In this document: piece by piece, positions 12,696 to 24,136 of the stretch | Numbering within the stretch: the first letter of the stretch is position 1 | Layout of the letters: each line of letters opens with the position of its first letter | NCBI RefSeq assembly: GCF_018350175.1 | Contig: NC_058368.1 | Span: forward strand, 206,772,001 to 206,832,000 | Direction of reading: 5' to 3' | Length of the DNA: 60,000 bases | DNA from: Felis catus | Taxonomy: Eukaryota | Position numbers and translations under genes: made by a program | The notes under the pieces: generated by a model | The model's database searches: none | What the model was told of the DNA's origin: nothing | The model's input: the letters and a program-made list of their open reading frames with translations, nothing else

Positions 12696-13631
12696 CACAA
12701 ATGACATACCTGATAAAGGGCTAGTATCCAAAACCTGTAAAGAACTCACCAAACTCCACAGCTGAAAAACAAATAATCCAGTGAAGAAATGGGCAGAAGA
12801 CATGAACAGACACTTTTCCAAAGGAGACATCCGGATGGCCAGCAGACACGTGAAACAATGTTCAACATCACTCCTCATCAGGGAAATGCAAATCAAAACC
12901 ACACTCAGATACCACCTCATGACGGTCAGAGTGGCTAAAATGAACAAATCAGGAACTACAGATGTTGGCGAGGATGTGGAGAAACAGGAACCCTCTTGCA
13001 CTGTTGATGGGAATGCAAACTGGTGCAGGCACTCTGGAAAACAGTATGGAGGTTCCTCAAAAAATTAAAAATAGAACTACCCTATGACCCAGCAATAGCA
13101 CTGCTAGGAATTTACCCAAGAGATATAGGAGTGCTGATGTGCAGGGGCACTTGTACCCCAGGGTTTTTAGCAGCAATTTCAATAATAGCCAAATTATGGA
13201 AAGAGCCTAAATGTCCATCAACTGACAAATGGATAAAGAAGATGTGGTTTATATATACAATGGGATACTACTTGGCATGAGAAAGAATGAAATCCTGCCA
13301 TTTGCAGCAACGTGGATGGAAATGGAGGGTGTGATGCTAAGTGAAATAAGCCATACAGAGAAAGACAGATACCATATGTTTTCACTCGTATGTGGATCTT
13401 GAGAAACTTAACAGAAAACCATGGGGGAGAGGAACATGAAAAAATATGTTACAGAGAGGGAGGGAGGCAGGCAAACCATAAGAGACCCTTGGATACTGAG
13501 AACAAACTGAGGGTTGATGGGGAGTGGGGGAGAGGAGAAAGTGGGTGATGGGCATTGAGGAGAGCACCTGTTGGGATGAGCACTGAGTGTTGTATGGAAA
13601 CCAATTTGACAATAAGTAATATTAAAAAAAA
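12696..13631 (+). mobile_element. 5'-truncated carnivore L1 (ORF2 C-terminus, 3'UTR, A-tail)
   Basis: ORF track gives [12 protein letters not shown] and [29 protein letters not shown] (L1 ORF2 C-terminal region), frameshifted; no TSD found. Confidence 0.95.
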
Positions 13632-14859
13632 CCCCAAATATACAAAACCAAATCAGAACAGATTACAAAGTACATAGTTTTAATTACACTTTTCTCTAAA
13701 CACTGCAGCCTCTTGTATCATGGCAGAAACGGTGACCAGAATTCTAATAAATATTCCAGTTTCCCTACTTTACTTTTGAAAAGATATATTTTCATATTTT
13801 TGAAAAAATACACAAAACATGTAAAATTCCCTCAATTTCCACTTTTAAGTGGAGAAAAGCCATTAGTGAGCTTGTGGTAATGTTGTTTGAATATTTTCCC
13901 CTTTTTGCTAAGAACCTTCTTGTTCCCACGAGAACCCAGAGGTACCCAAGTCACATGGTGTTCTTCCTGTAATATTTTGTCCTGTACAAACAATAGGATG
14001 CCAATTATCCAGCCTTAACATGACAAACAATAAGTTACTATGACAATTTTATTTTTGGTGAACTGACCCTGTGAAATTAGAAGTTTGGAAAGAACCACAT
14101 GCCTAAAATTCATCCTGTTTATCTCCTTTCCAAGAAGGTTTGTCTCCACACTGTTGTAGGCACCCAAGAAATAATTTGTTCTCTCTAAAAGGCAATGATA
14201 TAATCTCCTTCAGAAAATTCTGTTTTCCCTCTACTCCCCCTACCATTCTGTACTCACAAGTTATTTTTTTACATAGACTAGTCCTAACCTGCATGATGCC
14301 AGGGGCTTAAATATAGTTACTTTGTCACATCTTAAAACAGTTTCCTCTTTCTTAGTTCTCAAAGAAGAAATAACATTGTCATCTTCTCTCCTTGTTTTAT
14401 TGTAGTTACCCACACTATGCTACAAAATATATGGCAGTTAGGGGAAATGGCAGGCAACCGATGGAAATTTTTGCTTTACTGCCTGGTACATAAGTAGAGG
14501 GATTTAAGCCACTCTTTAATTTTAGGTTTTTCTTCATTTGTTTTCAGTTGGGAACTGTGACTCACCTGGATGATGCATACATATATGAGGATACACCACA
14601 TCTGTATATACACATAAACATATGTACATACATATATGAGGATATTTATGTGTTCTAAAAATGCTTCTGTTTCCTTGAAAATGGTTCAGACTAAAAATCT
14701 GTGGCTTGAAAGCCATCAGTGACAACAAAGATGATTTCAAAAGTGTTCAGGAGCCAATTACATAGGGTTCCATTAATTGGAGCTTCAGAATGGGTTATAA
14801 ATAAAATAGGCTAGACACATCAAATGCTTTTAAATCCATTAATTCGTAATGATACTTAA

Positions 14860-15812
14860 AATTTAAATGTTGAATGATGCTAGTGAACCGACTTAGTATT
14901 TTGGAAACTTGTAAATAAAGGAAAGGAATCATTCATTTATCCTGTCTTTTCTCAAGGTAGCCTTATAGGGATGACAGGAATCCTCTCTTTATAGAGATAT
15001 TCTAGTTAATAAATGGCGACTAAATGACAAAATTAGAATATCACCATTTCACAACCTCTAATGAAATTATGGATCTAGGCAATGACCACTTAGGACTGCT
15101 AACATCATAAAGTGAAAGATAATTCATCGTTATACACTTCCTGTGGAAGTACATATCACCACCCATGAAATATGAAACAGCCTTGCCAAAGAAACTGGAC
15201 CTGAATCTCATGAAACATCCAGATCTAACTAGCAGGACACAGCAATCCAGAGGACAGAGGAAGGAACATAATACACCATGGGAAAACAAATGGCAAAATC
15301 CCAACTGAAGAAAATGAAGGATAAAGAACCTGGCTTTATTAAGAAAATCTGTAAAGGGAAGAAAAAAAGATGAAAAGGAAACCTACATATTAAAACCTAT
15401 AGTTTAAAGCCTATAGTTTATAAGATACTTAAGAGATATATCAACCAAGCAAACTATATGGAATTAATTTGAATACCATTTAAAACAAACTATTTTTTAA
15501 TTAATTAATTATTATTATTTTAATGTTTATTTTTTCTTGGGAGACAGAAAGAGTGCAAGCAGGGGAGGGACAGAGAGAGAGAGAGAGAGAGGGAGACACA
15601 GAATCTGAAGGAGGATTCAGGCTCTGAGCTGTCAGGACAGAGCCCGATGCAGGGCTTGAACCCATGAAGCACAAGATCATGACCTGGGCCGAAGTTGGAC
15701 GCCCAACTGACTGAGCCACCCGGGTGCCCCTTAAACCAAACTATTTTTAAAAGACCCACAAAACAGTTATCAGACAAAGACATCTGAATACAACTGGATA
15801 TTATTTTTAGTT
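14860..15812 (+). mobile_element. Old L1 (L1MC/L1ME-type) 3' region
   Basis: TCACCATTTCACAACC...ATGGATCTAGGCAATGA...ACCTGAATCT...CTTAAGAGATATATCAACCAA motifs; split by a SINE. Confidence 0.65.
15499..15730 (-). mobile_element. Can-SINE (SINEC)
   Basis: TSD TTAAA(A/C)CAAACTATTTTT at 15480 and 15731. Confidence 0.95.
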
Positions 15813-16790
15813 ACTATCTTTTGCAGTTCTAGAATATATGTTTTCTAAGGAAACAGATTCTAGGCCTCTATTAAATTGTCTATTTTGTTGTATATTTTTG
15901 TGAATATATTAATCACAGTTATTTTTTTTTTAAATTTTTTTTCAACTTTTTTTATTTATTTTTGGGACAGAGAGAGACAGAGCATGAACGGGGGAGGGGC
16001 AGAGAGAGAGGGAGACACAGAATCGGAAACAGGCTCCAGGCTCTGAGCCATCAGCCCAGAGCCTGACGCGGGGCTCGAGCTCACGGACCGCGATATCGTG
16101 ACCTGGCTGAAGTCGGATGCTTAACTGACTGCGCCACCCAGGCGCCCCAATCACAGTTATTTTTAAAGACTGTTGCTAGTAATTCCAATATTTGAGATAC
16201 CTGTGAGCATTTTCTTTTCTTTTTAGTTTTGGCCATGTTTCTTGACATACCTGGTAATTCTGATCGACAGCCCAATGTCCTATATGAAAAATTGTTGCTG
16301 CATTTTCTTTAGAGAGGAGACACTTTATCCTCTTGCTAAATATGGACCAATAATTCATGACTCATATCAATCAGTTTGCTTCTGGTTTACCCCATGCTAG
16401 GGTGTAGCCCTCTGGAGTTCAGATTGAGAGCCTGGGGGGTTTGTCATGGTCTGGTAAGGCCCTGGATACCGCCCCCCCCCTCACTTTTTTTTTTCCTTTT
16501 TGTCACCCTTGCATTGTAAGAATGCTGAAAACTCTGCTTCGCTTTTCACCAGTGTTTTACTTGGGCCTTTGGCTTCTTGCCCTGCACATCTAGAGATGTG
16601 GCAACTGCCTCAAGGAGGAACCACCCAAGGGTGTTGGGCTCATTTTCTTTGCTCAAGGGTCTTAGTTTCTCAAGTCCTTGTTTTCTTTCCAGATCCAGAC
16701 TCCAGCTTTTCTCTTTCCATTGCTATGAGATGCCAATCTCTGCTGGCTTCTCTGCCTCCTCACAGGGGCCCTCTGTCTTGCTTCTAAGTC
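15813..16790 (-). mobile_element. Old L1 5'-region fragment (L1ME/HAL1-like), antisense
   Basis: ATATATTAATCACAGTTATTTTTAAAG...AATTCCAATATTTGAG...TGGTAATT; GGGTGTAGCCCTCTGGAGTTC; boundaries approximate. Confidence 0.5.
15927..16148 (-). mobile_element. Young felid Can-SINE (SINEC_Fc-type)
   Basis: CpG-rich; perfect TSD AATCACAGTTATTTTT at 15911 and 16149. Confidence 0.97.
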
Positions 16791-16859
16791 TCTCACTTTC
16801 AGAGCTGAAGAACTGGCAGAAGCTGCAAAAGATATGGCAGCATGAAGAACATCAGATGG

Positions 16860-17010
16860 ATATCCAAGGGGGAGTAGGTAAGGGATATAGATGAAGCAAG
16901 ATGTGCCCTGAGTTCCTAATTGTTGAAGCTGCCTGATGGGCACATGGAAATGAGTTATAGTATTTTTTTTCCATTTTTGTTTATGCTTAAAACTTTCTAT
17001 AATACAAAGT
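16860..17010 (+). mobile_element. Old L1 terminal 3'UTR, probable continuation of the 14860-15812 element
   Basis: ATAGATGAAGCAAGATG...TAATTGTTGAAGCTGCCTGATGGGCACATGG...TTTCTATAATACAAAG. Confidence 0.7.
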
Positions 17011-17149
17011 ATAGTAAATACATAATATGTGGTCTTTGTACTCTTTATTTTCTTGCAACAGGTGTGAAATTATCCTTTGAGAAGCAGACTAAGTAAAGCA
17101 GTATCTGCAAAAAAGCCACAGCCATATATTGAAAATAAAGAAAAGTACT

Positions 17150-17356
17150 TTTAAAAGAAGTGTTTATTTATTTATTTTTGAGAAAGAGAGAGAGTGAGAG
17201 AGGGGCAGAGAGAGAGGGAGACGGAGAATCCAAAGCAGGCTCTGTGCTGTCAGCGTTGAGCCTGACATGGGGCTGGAACTCACAAACTGTGAGATCATGA
17301 CCTGAGTGGAAATCAGGAGTCTAATGCTTAACTGACTGAACCACCCAGGTGCCCCC
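17150..17356 (-). mobile_element. Can-SINE (SINEC)
   Basis: TTTATTTATT tail, GAGA tract, ...CTTAACTGACTGAACCACCCAGGTGCCCC head. Confidence 0.92.
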
Positions 17357-17742
17357 AAATATACCTTCTTAATATGGAGGCACAACCACTAATAGACTGA
17401 CTACATTCTTGTTAGCTGAACTCCAGAGAACAACACTTGAAGACATGAGGGACAAAGTACACTCAGGCTTCAGGGAGAGCACAAATTTCTGAAATCAGGA
17501 GGCAGCCCATGTTGATTAGGGAAAGGACTGCAGGTCCCCATAGTCAGGTCAGGAAAAAAGATATCAAGGAGCCTATTTCCTGACCTAGATTGACTGAATG
17601 TTTAGTTACAGCTCAAGATTATACTTAATTTATGACACTACAATTAGAAAAATGATGGTATTGCTTTGATTTCTCAACAGTGAACTGTGTACTTTTTGTC
17701 ACTTTCCTATGGGATCTCACAGATTCAAAAATACCAAAGCGA

Positions 17743-17946
17743 GGGGCGCCTGGGAGGCACAGTTGGTTAAACTCCAGCAATTCATGGGATAGAGCCCTGC
17801 CTTGAGCTGCGCTGACAGCAGGGAGCCTGCTTGGGATTCTGTCGCTCTATCCCGCTCTGCCCTTCCTCCCACTTGCTTGCCTGTGCTTTTGCACATGGGT
17901 GTGCTCTCTTTCTGTCTCTCAAAATAAATAAATAAATAAACTTTAA
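17743..17946 (+). mobile_element. Can-SINE with internal deletion, first of a tandem pair
   Basis: GGGGCGCCTGGGAGGCACAGTTGGTTAAAC then skips the GACT...GATCTC segment; A-tail. Confidence 0.9.
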
Positions 17947-17961
17947 AAAAAATGCCAAGGA

Positions 17962-18180
17962 GGGGCGCCCAGGTGGCTCAGTCGGTTAAGCGACCGGCTC
18001 CAGCTCAGGTCATGATCTCACGGTTTGTGGGTTCAAGCCCCACCTCAGGCTGTGTGCTGACTGACAGCTCAGAGCCTGGAGACTGCTTTGGATTCTGGGT
18101 CTCCCTCTCTCTCTGCCCCTCTCCCATACTCTCTCTCTCTCTCAAAAATAAATAAAACATTAAAAAAAATTAAAATTAAA
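17962..18180 (+). mobile_element. Can-SINE, second of a tandem pair
   Basis: Full head and tail; TSD AAAAATGCCA(A/T)GGA either side. Confidence 0.95.
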
Positions 18181-19094
18181 AAAAATGCCATGGAGAGATG
18201 TGGAAGTCAGTGCAAATCAGGTTGTTTTTTTTCTCCTCCAAGTCTCCATCACATGGTATCCAAATAAAATTGGATTAAAATAAACATTAAGGAATTTCCA
18301 TGAGGCAGCATGAGCTGATTGAGTAAGTGCTTTCCCCACTGTTTGCTTTCTTCAGTCTCTGCTCATCTACTCCGCAGTATGAGCAGGCAGGAGGTCCCGA
18401 GAGGACTGTGGTGGGGCAATTGTCCTGGGTCACAGTATTCTAGGGATGGATATCCTGCCATCTTCCTGTCTCACAGGGAAAGTCGTTATTTGAGTAGAAA
18501 TGCTTAGAGGTTATATAGACTCTTTTGGCCAGACAGAAATTATTCAAGTCTGGGAAACTATTGAGGCTATTTACATGTTACTCTTTTGTTGTTGTTGTTT
18601 TTTGTTCTATTTAATTTTATTATTTTTGTATAAGAATGGTACTGAAAATATTAACTTGAAAAACAGTAGATTGCAGGGTAAGTGCAAAGCCACCTATTTT
18701 TGTAGTCACATTTCAGGTGGGGATTATCATGATTTAAAACTTAAGTGAATCTAAGTGGATTTAGCTAGTATCTCAAATTTTAAAACAAAATGAAGTTACA
18801 TCCACTAATTGGAAATACATAATGAGCTATTGTTTACATTTCTCAAGGCATCTCTACCTCAAGTATGTGGCAACTGATAACTCTAGTAAAACATAAGTTT
18901 TTAATCTTCCCATATGTGCATTTATAACATATATACATATGTACACATAATACGTAGTAGTTGGAACATTCTTTTACATTCTAATGAGCAAGTGCACAAA
19001 AAGTCCACCTACTGATAAGGCAGGGTATGTGCTAGTAATTTTTATGACTTAGAAGATCTTGTACATCTTTGGAGATAATTGGAGATATCTGGAA

Positions 19095-19235
19095 GGCAGC
19101 ACACTTAGATGTCAAGGGCCCCAGATTCTACTGTAAACTCTGCCAGGAACAAGTGGTATGATCTTAATCAAGTGGGTGCATTCACTGTGTGTCAATTTCC
19201 TTATCTGCAAAATATGCTAATGATTAAATCTCCCC
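19095..19235 (+). mobile_element. MIR fragment
   Basis: CTCTGCCA...TATGATCTTAATCAAGT...TCAATTTCCTTATCTGCAAAAT. Confidence 0.6.
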
Positions 19236-19409
19236 CGAGGTTTTTTAAAAATAAAAACAATTTGATTTTATAATGTGTCATCAATGATTTTAATGGAATA
19301 ACTCTATGTTTCCCTGTAAGTATAAAATAGCCCCCGAGAATAGTGTAGATTTTGGCAGAAGAATTAAGGTAAATTGAACGCTAATACCAGTTACTTGTAG
19401 TGTTCAGCA

Positions 19410-19672
19410 ATAATAATTATGATGGAAAATATCTAATCTTTACTGTATGATTACCATATGTTAGACACTGGGCTATATGCTTTATATGCTTATTTAACTT
19501 ATATCCCTTTGGGATGGATGATAGTATTATTATTCCCCTTTCACAAATAAGAATACTGAGAAAAGGGAGGATATATAATTTAACTATAGTCACTCAGCCA
19601 GTATGTGGCAGAGCTAGGATTTGAACCTAGGGTAGATTGTCTCCAGATCTCATGCTCATTAAACACAGCCCT
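19410..19672 (-). mobile_element. MIR
   Basis: TATTATTATTCCCCTTTCACAAATAAGAATACTGAG...GTCACTCAGCCAGTATGTGGCAGAGCTAGGATTTGAACCTAGG. Confidence 0.85.
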
Positions 19673-19789
19673 TCATTGCCATCGTATGGTATTTTGCTAT
19701 GCATGGCTTCTTATTATTTTCTTATGTATATTAGGAATCTTTAACCTATGGTTATATCTAAAATATAGAATGAAAGGGTATTTTATATT

Positions 19790-19997
19790 TTCAATGTGCT
19801 TTAAGACTTATAAAATATTATTATACTCTGTCTCATCATATAGTCAAAGCAATCCTGGAGGTGAGAGTGGGTATTATTATCCTTATTTTTTATAAGAGAA
19901 AACAGAGACAGAAAGTAGGCATTTGCTAAGGTTTTATGAATAGATTTCAGAGCTGGGTTTCCACCTTTAGGACTCTGCTCATTGCTTTCTCTATTTT
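19790..19997 (-). mobile_element. MIR fragment
   Basis: CAATCCTGGAGGTGAG...TATTATTATCCTTATTTTTTATAAGAGAAAACAGAGAC. Confidence 0.65.
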
Positions 19998-20577
19998 ACG
20001 ACTTCTAATATAAACACAATATTTTCCATAGTAAGATAAAAAAATGTAAACAAAATCTGTAAAGGAATCATATAATTGCATTTCTCAGATATTAGTATAT
20101 TTGAGCTATAGGACAGTTTCTAATCAAGTTGAAAGAAATGAGATTCTATCTCCTGATTTGGGGAGATCAAATCACCTGTATCAATTATTTTCAGGGACAT
20201 TGAAATGTGTGCAACAGATGATGATAATGCATTTACACTTATGTGCTTGATTTTTTCATTATTTATGTAAAATGGCAGGCTGATAAATGAGAAGGATATT
20301 GAATGATCTTCTAGTTGTCCATTCAAACAAGTATGTCGTAGGCAGTTGCTGTGTGTTCCCAAATGACAAGTCAATTAAATGAGTAGAGTTGCCCGTTGTT
20401 GGGACTGAACGGGTAGCTGAGACAAAGTTCCAGATCTGGGACCCCCTATTGAAGCAGACCCGTTCCTACAGACTGGAGATAATAAAAGGTCTCTCTGTGG
20501 TCAGTTGACTGGAACATTGGAGGAAGTAGCTCAGTTACACAGCCTCTTCTCCATCTGCTTTCCTCTTGCAGTAGGGT

Positions 20578-20830
20578 CATCATTTATTTAGTAATTTACT
20601 GAAGACTCACAATATGTAAGTCACCATGCCAGCAGTAAGGGCTTCAAAGACGTTTAAAAAAAAGTACAGTCTTTGACCTAGAGAATCATTTAGTCAAAAT
20701 AGAAAGAAACCAGTCAAGATAGAAGTCATGCGTTCAGGAGAGGTTTCTTCAAAATTGTAAAATTGATAGGACAATCAATGTGCTTAAATGTATGGAGAGC
20801 ACATTGAAACACATTAGGGAGACCTTGGGT
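20578..20830 (-). mobile_element. L2 3' end fragment
   Basis: CATCATTTATTTAGTAATTTACTGAAGACTCACAATATGTAAGTCACCATG...ACAGTCTTTGACCT. Confidence 0.55.
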
Positions 20831-22052
20831 CTAAATTATAAAAACATATGAAACATGAAAACAAGGGAAATCAAGACAGTTATCCTGCTCAATTTTCATG
20901 TGAACTTAAAGCTGTAAAAAGAAAAGAATTTATTCTTATAAATTAAGACAATTATTTTTATAAATTAAGACAATTAAGACAATTCCCCCCTCTCCAGAGG
21001 GGGGAAATATGCGAGAAAACAAAGGTAACCACAAGGTTCTATATAGTATAGCTGTGAGTAGCATTTCCATGTCCATAAAAATGTAGAAAGTGATTACTTA
21101 TCTATACAAAATTGTAAAATAAACACAATAAGAAGATAGACAGGATGTATCTGTATAAACACACATTGTACCATGTATAATGAAATTTGTAAAAGCATCC
21201 TTAGCATGCATCCCCTTCTAGATGTGTTCTACTGCTTACTTTATTTGCATTCTGTTGACATACTGTCAGTAACTAGAATCGTAATGTGTTTTAAATGTGA
21301 ACATATACTGGGGAGTGTTGGTAAAATACTGGGCCAATTAAATGTTTTAAGGTTTTTGCCCAGTTCAATATTGTTGAAAAATATGAAAAGACATAATGAT
21401 ATTTTGAAAAGACTATCATAAAAGCAAATATCAAAGTATTAATATTATTATTTTTGAAGATGCTTTTGAATTAAAAGAACTACTTTCCCATATTAAATAA
21501 AAAATTTGGGCCTGTGTGCAAATAATGCTGATACTAACAATGATGGGATATGTGCTGTACGAGGAGCTCTCACAGAGTGCTGACAACCAGAAGGGAGAGA
21601 ACCGCCCCATCCCCAGGGGCATGTAGATGATCAGGGAAGATCGAGTGCAGTATTTGAAATCTGCATAGACTTTGCACCCACACCATGACTATAGAAAGCT
21701 TCATATTTTGCCATACCTTTGTGACATTGCCAGCTTTTGGTAACCTTTTTTCTCTTTGTAGCTGCTTTAAATATATTTTATTTTGGATGGTTTACTATTT
21801 CACTTTAACGTATCTAACTACAGCTCCCTTTTATTCTGCCGCTTGTCCTTCCTGAACTTAACCATCTACGTTCTTCATCAACTCTAAAATATTTAGTCAT
21901 CACCATCTCAGACATAGCTTCTCTCCTGTTGCCATGTGGAACTCTGGGGGATAATGTGAACCCTTTCATTCTTACCTTCCGTGCTTTTAGTTTCATCGTT
22001 TCACTTCGTCTCTCTTGGCTTCATTCTAGGAATTTTTTTTCAGTTCGCTAAC

Positions 22053-22781
22053 TGTGGCAGCTTGTTACCGCTGCATAATAAACCACCCCCAAACTCAGTG
22101 GCTTATAACAATTAGCATGCATTATTGGTCATGAACCAGGTCAGCAGACTGATCTTTCTGTCTCCACTGGGCTTGCTTTTGTGTCTGTAGGCAGCTCTGT
22201 GTTGGCTATGCGGCTTTGCTGATTTGGGCTGGTTTCCACCAAAGTGTCTGGGGCTCAGCCGGGATGACACAGCTCTGTTCCAGGTTGTCTCTTCTCCTCT
22301 AACAAGTTAACCTATCAATATTCTCATGGTGGTGACAGGGTTAAAATAGAACAAGTAGAAGCACACTGGGCCTACCGAGGCCTAGCATCTTTGTCTTTGC
22401 AGGCCTTGCTCCATAAAAAAAGTATTAAAAATTATATTTTACAACTGCCTTGGCATAAATATGAACATAATCCAGACTGGATTCATTACTGTACATTTGT
22501 TATAGTCATCTTTATTCTGCCTTTAAAAAGATTCAGATTAAGACATTTTTGTGGGCCCTAGGCAGCGTGAGCCCCCATGCCTAATGGGGGAGTTGGCTCT
22601 GCAAACCTTTACCTCTGCCGCATCCTATTGGCCAAAGCCAATCAAAAAACCAGTCTCAGGCTGGAAGACTGGGGAAATAGACCTCACCATTTGATGGGAA
22701 GATCTGCAAAGTCACACAGCAGAAGGTATGATTATACGGAGGGTTGAAGAATGGAGTCTACTCTATAATCAATTTCTCACA
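22053..22781 (-). mobile_element. MaLR solo LTR (MLT1G/H-like)
   Basis: CTGCATAATAAACCACCCCCAAACTCAGTGGCTTATAACA...CCTATTGGCCAAAGC...TTGATGGGAAGATCTGCAAAGTCACA; TG...CA termini. Confidence 0.8.
22379..22601 (-). mobile_element. hAT-Tip100 non-autonomous DNA transposon (ORSL-like) nested in MLT1
   Basis: Minus strand reads CAGAGCCAACTCCCCCATTAGGCA...GCCTAGGGCCCACAAAAATGT...AATGAATCCAGTCTGGATTATG...GTTGTAAAATATAATTTTTAATA; name recalled from memory. Confidence 0.65.
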
Positions 22782-23407
22782 TCAATTTTCTTTTCCTGTA
22801 AATTTTATCTATGTAGTTCATCTGCTGTTTTTATTTTCTTCTTTTTTCCCCCAAACATTTAACACATACTAATTATGTATTTTGGTTCTAAGAATTTTAA
22901 TTTCTAAAGTGCTTACAAATCTAATTGTGCTGTTTTTGTTTCTGCTAGCTCCTGCTTTTAGAGGCTTTCTTTTTTTTTTTCTTTTTTTTTTTTTTTGGTA
23001 TAACTTGGCAGCTTAGATCTGATGGTGTGTTCTGTTTGCTTTTGCTTGTGCCAGATGCCCAGGATATTAAACTCAGAACTATGTGAAGTTTGTTTCTCAG
23101 TTTAGAGATTTTTGGTCACCATTGACTAAGTAGGTAATGTGCATTCAACTGCCAGACCACAAGGATCCGGATCCTCAGGGGAGATGTTTTCCCTCAGCTG
23201 GAGCTGAGGCAGCAACTGTTTCTTTGCTATCTCTTTGTTTCAGAAGCTGGTAGTTTTTCCTTTGATTTACCCGAAGTGCTCAAGGCCTTTTTCGCCCTCT
23301 TTTTTTCTGGAAGATCCTATAAAACAAAGCACTAAGTTTCTGCTACTGACACATGCCTCTAGGTAAATCCAGTTCTCCTGAGGTTGCCCACCACTGTAAG
23401 ACTAGTA

Positions 23408-23683
23408 TTTTTTTTTATTTTCTTTTCTTTTCTTTTCTTTTCTTTTCTTTTCTTTTCTTTTCTTTTCTTTTCTTTTCTTTTCTTTTCTTTCTTTTTTTCT
23501 TTTCTTTTCTTTCCTTTCCTTTCCTTTTCTTTTTTCTTTTCTTTCTTTTCTTTTCTTCCTTCCTTCCTTCCTTCCTTCCTTCCTTCCTTCCTTCCTTCCT
23601 TCCAACTTCCTAACTTCCTTCTCTTCCTCCCTTCCCTTCCCTTCCCTTCCCTTCCCTTCCCTTCCCTTCCCTTCCCTTCTTTT
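23408..23683. repeat. Compound polypyrimidine microsatellite (TTTTC)n-(TTCC)n-(CCCTT)n
   Basis: Direct reading; about 275 nt nearly free of purines. Confidence 0.97.
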
Positions 23684-23727
23684 AGTTTCTCATGAGCTTG
23701 ACTTCTCATTTGAAAAAAAAAAAAAGT

Positions 23728-23946
23728 GGAGCTCCTGGCTGGCTCAGTTGGTTAAGTGCTGGACTTTGGCTCAGGCCATGATCTCACAGTTCGTGAGTTT
23801 GAGCCCTGCCTCAGGCTCTGCACTGGTGGTGCGGAGCCTGCTTTGGATTCTCTCTCTCTCTCTCTCTCTCTGTCCCTCCCCCCCCCCCCACACGCTCTCT
23901 CTCTCAAAATAAGTAAATGAACTTAAAAAAAAATAAAATAAATTTT
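23728..23946 (+). mobile_element. Can-SINE, first of a tandem pair
   Basis: GGAGCTCCTGGCTGGCTCAGTTGGTTAAG head, (CT)n, A-tail. Confidence 0.92.
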
Positions 23947-23963
23947 AAAAAAGGTTATTATAT

Positions 23964-24136
23964 GGGTTGCCTGGGTGGCTCAGTCAGTTAAACCTCTGAC
24001 TCTTGATTTTGGCTCAGGTCATGCTCTCGTGATTTGTAGGTTCAAGCTCCACATCAGGCTCTGTGCTAACAGCACAGAGCCTGCTTGCAATTCTCTCTAT
24101 CCCTCTCTCTCTCAAAATAAATAAATAAACCTTTAA
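23964..24136 (+). mobile_element. Can-SINE, second of a tandem pair
   Basis: TSD AAAAAAGGTTATTATAT / AAAAAAGGTTTGTTATAT. Confidence 0.92.

Larger units (their letters stand above)
21740..23350 (-). mobile_element. Old L1ME-type 5' region, interrupted by MLT1
   Basis: T-rich antisense L1 motifs; CAGTTCGCTAAC..[LTR]..TCAATTTTC continuity; boundaries approximate. Confidence 0.5.

Noticed and set aside
21360..21670. Short frame MMGYVLYEELSQSADNQKGENRPIPRGM as an exon or pseudogene
   Set aside because: Too short, stop-interrupted, and without supporting splice sites or recognisable homology.
23353..23709. Lys/Arg/Glu-rich and Phe/Ser-rich ORFs of 67-116 aa
   Set aside because: They are translations of the pyrimidine microsatellite, which has no stop codons by composition.
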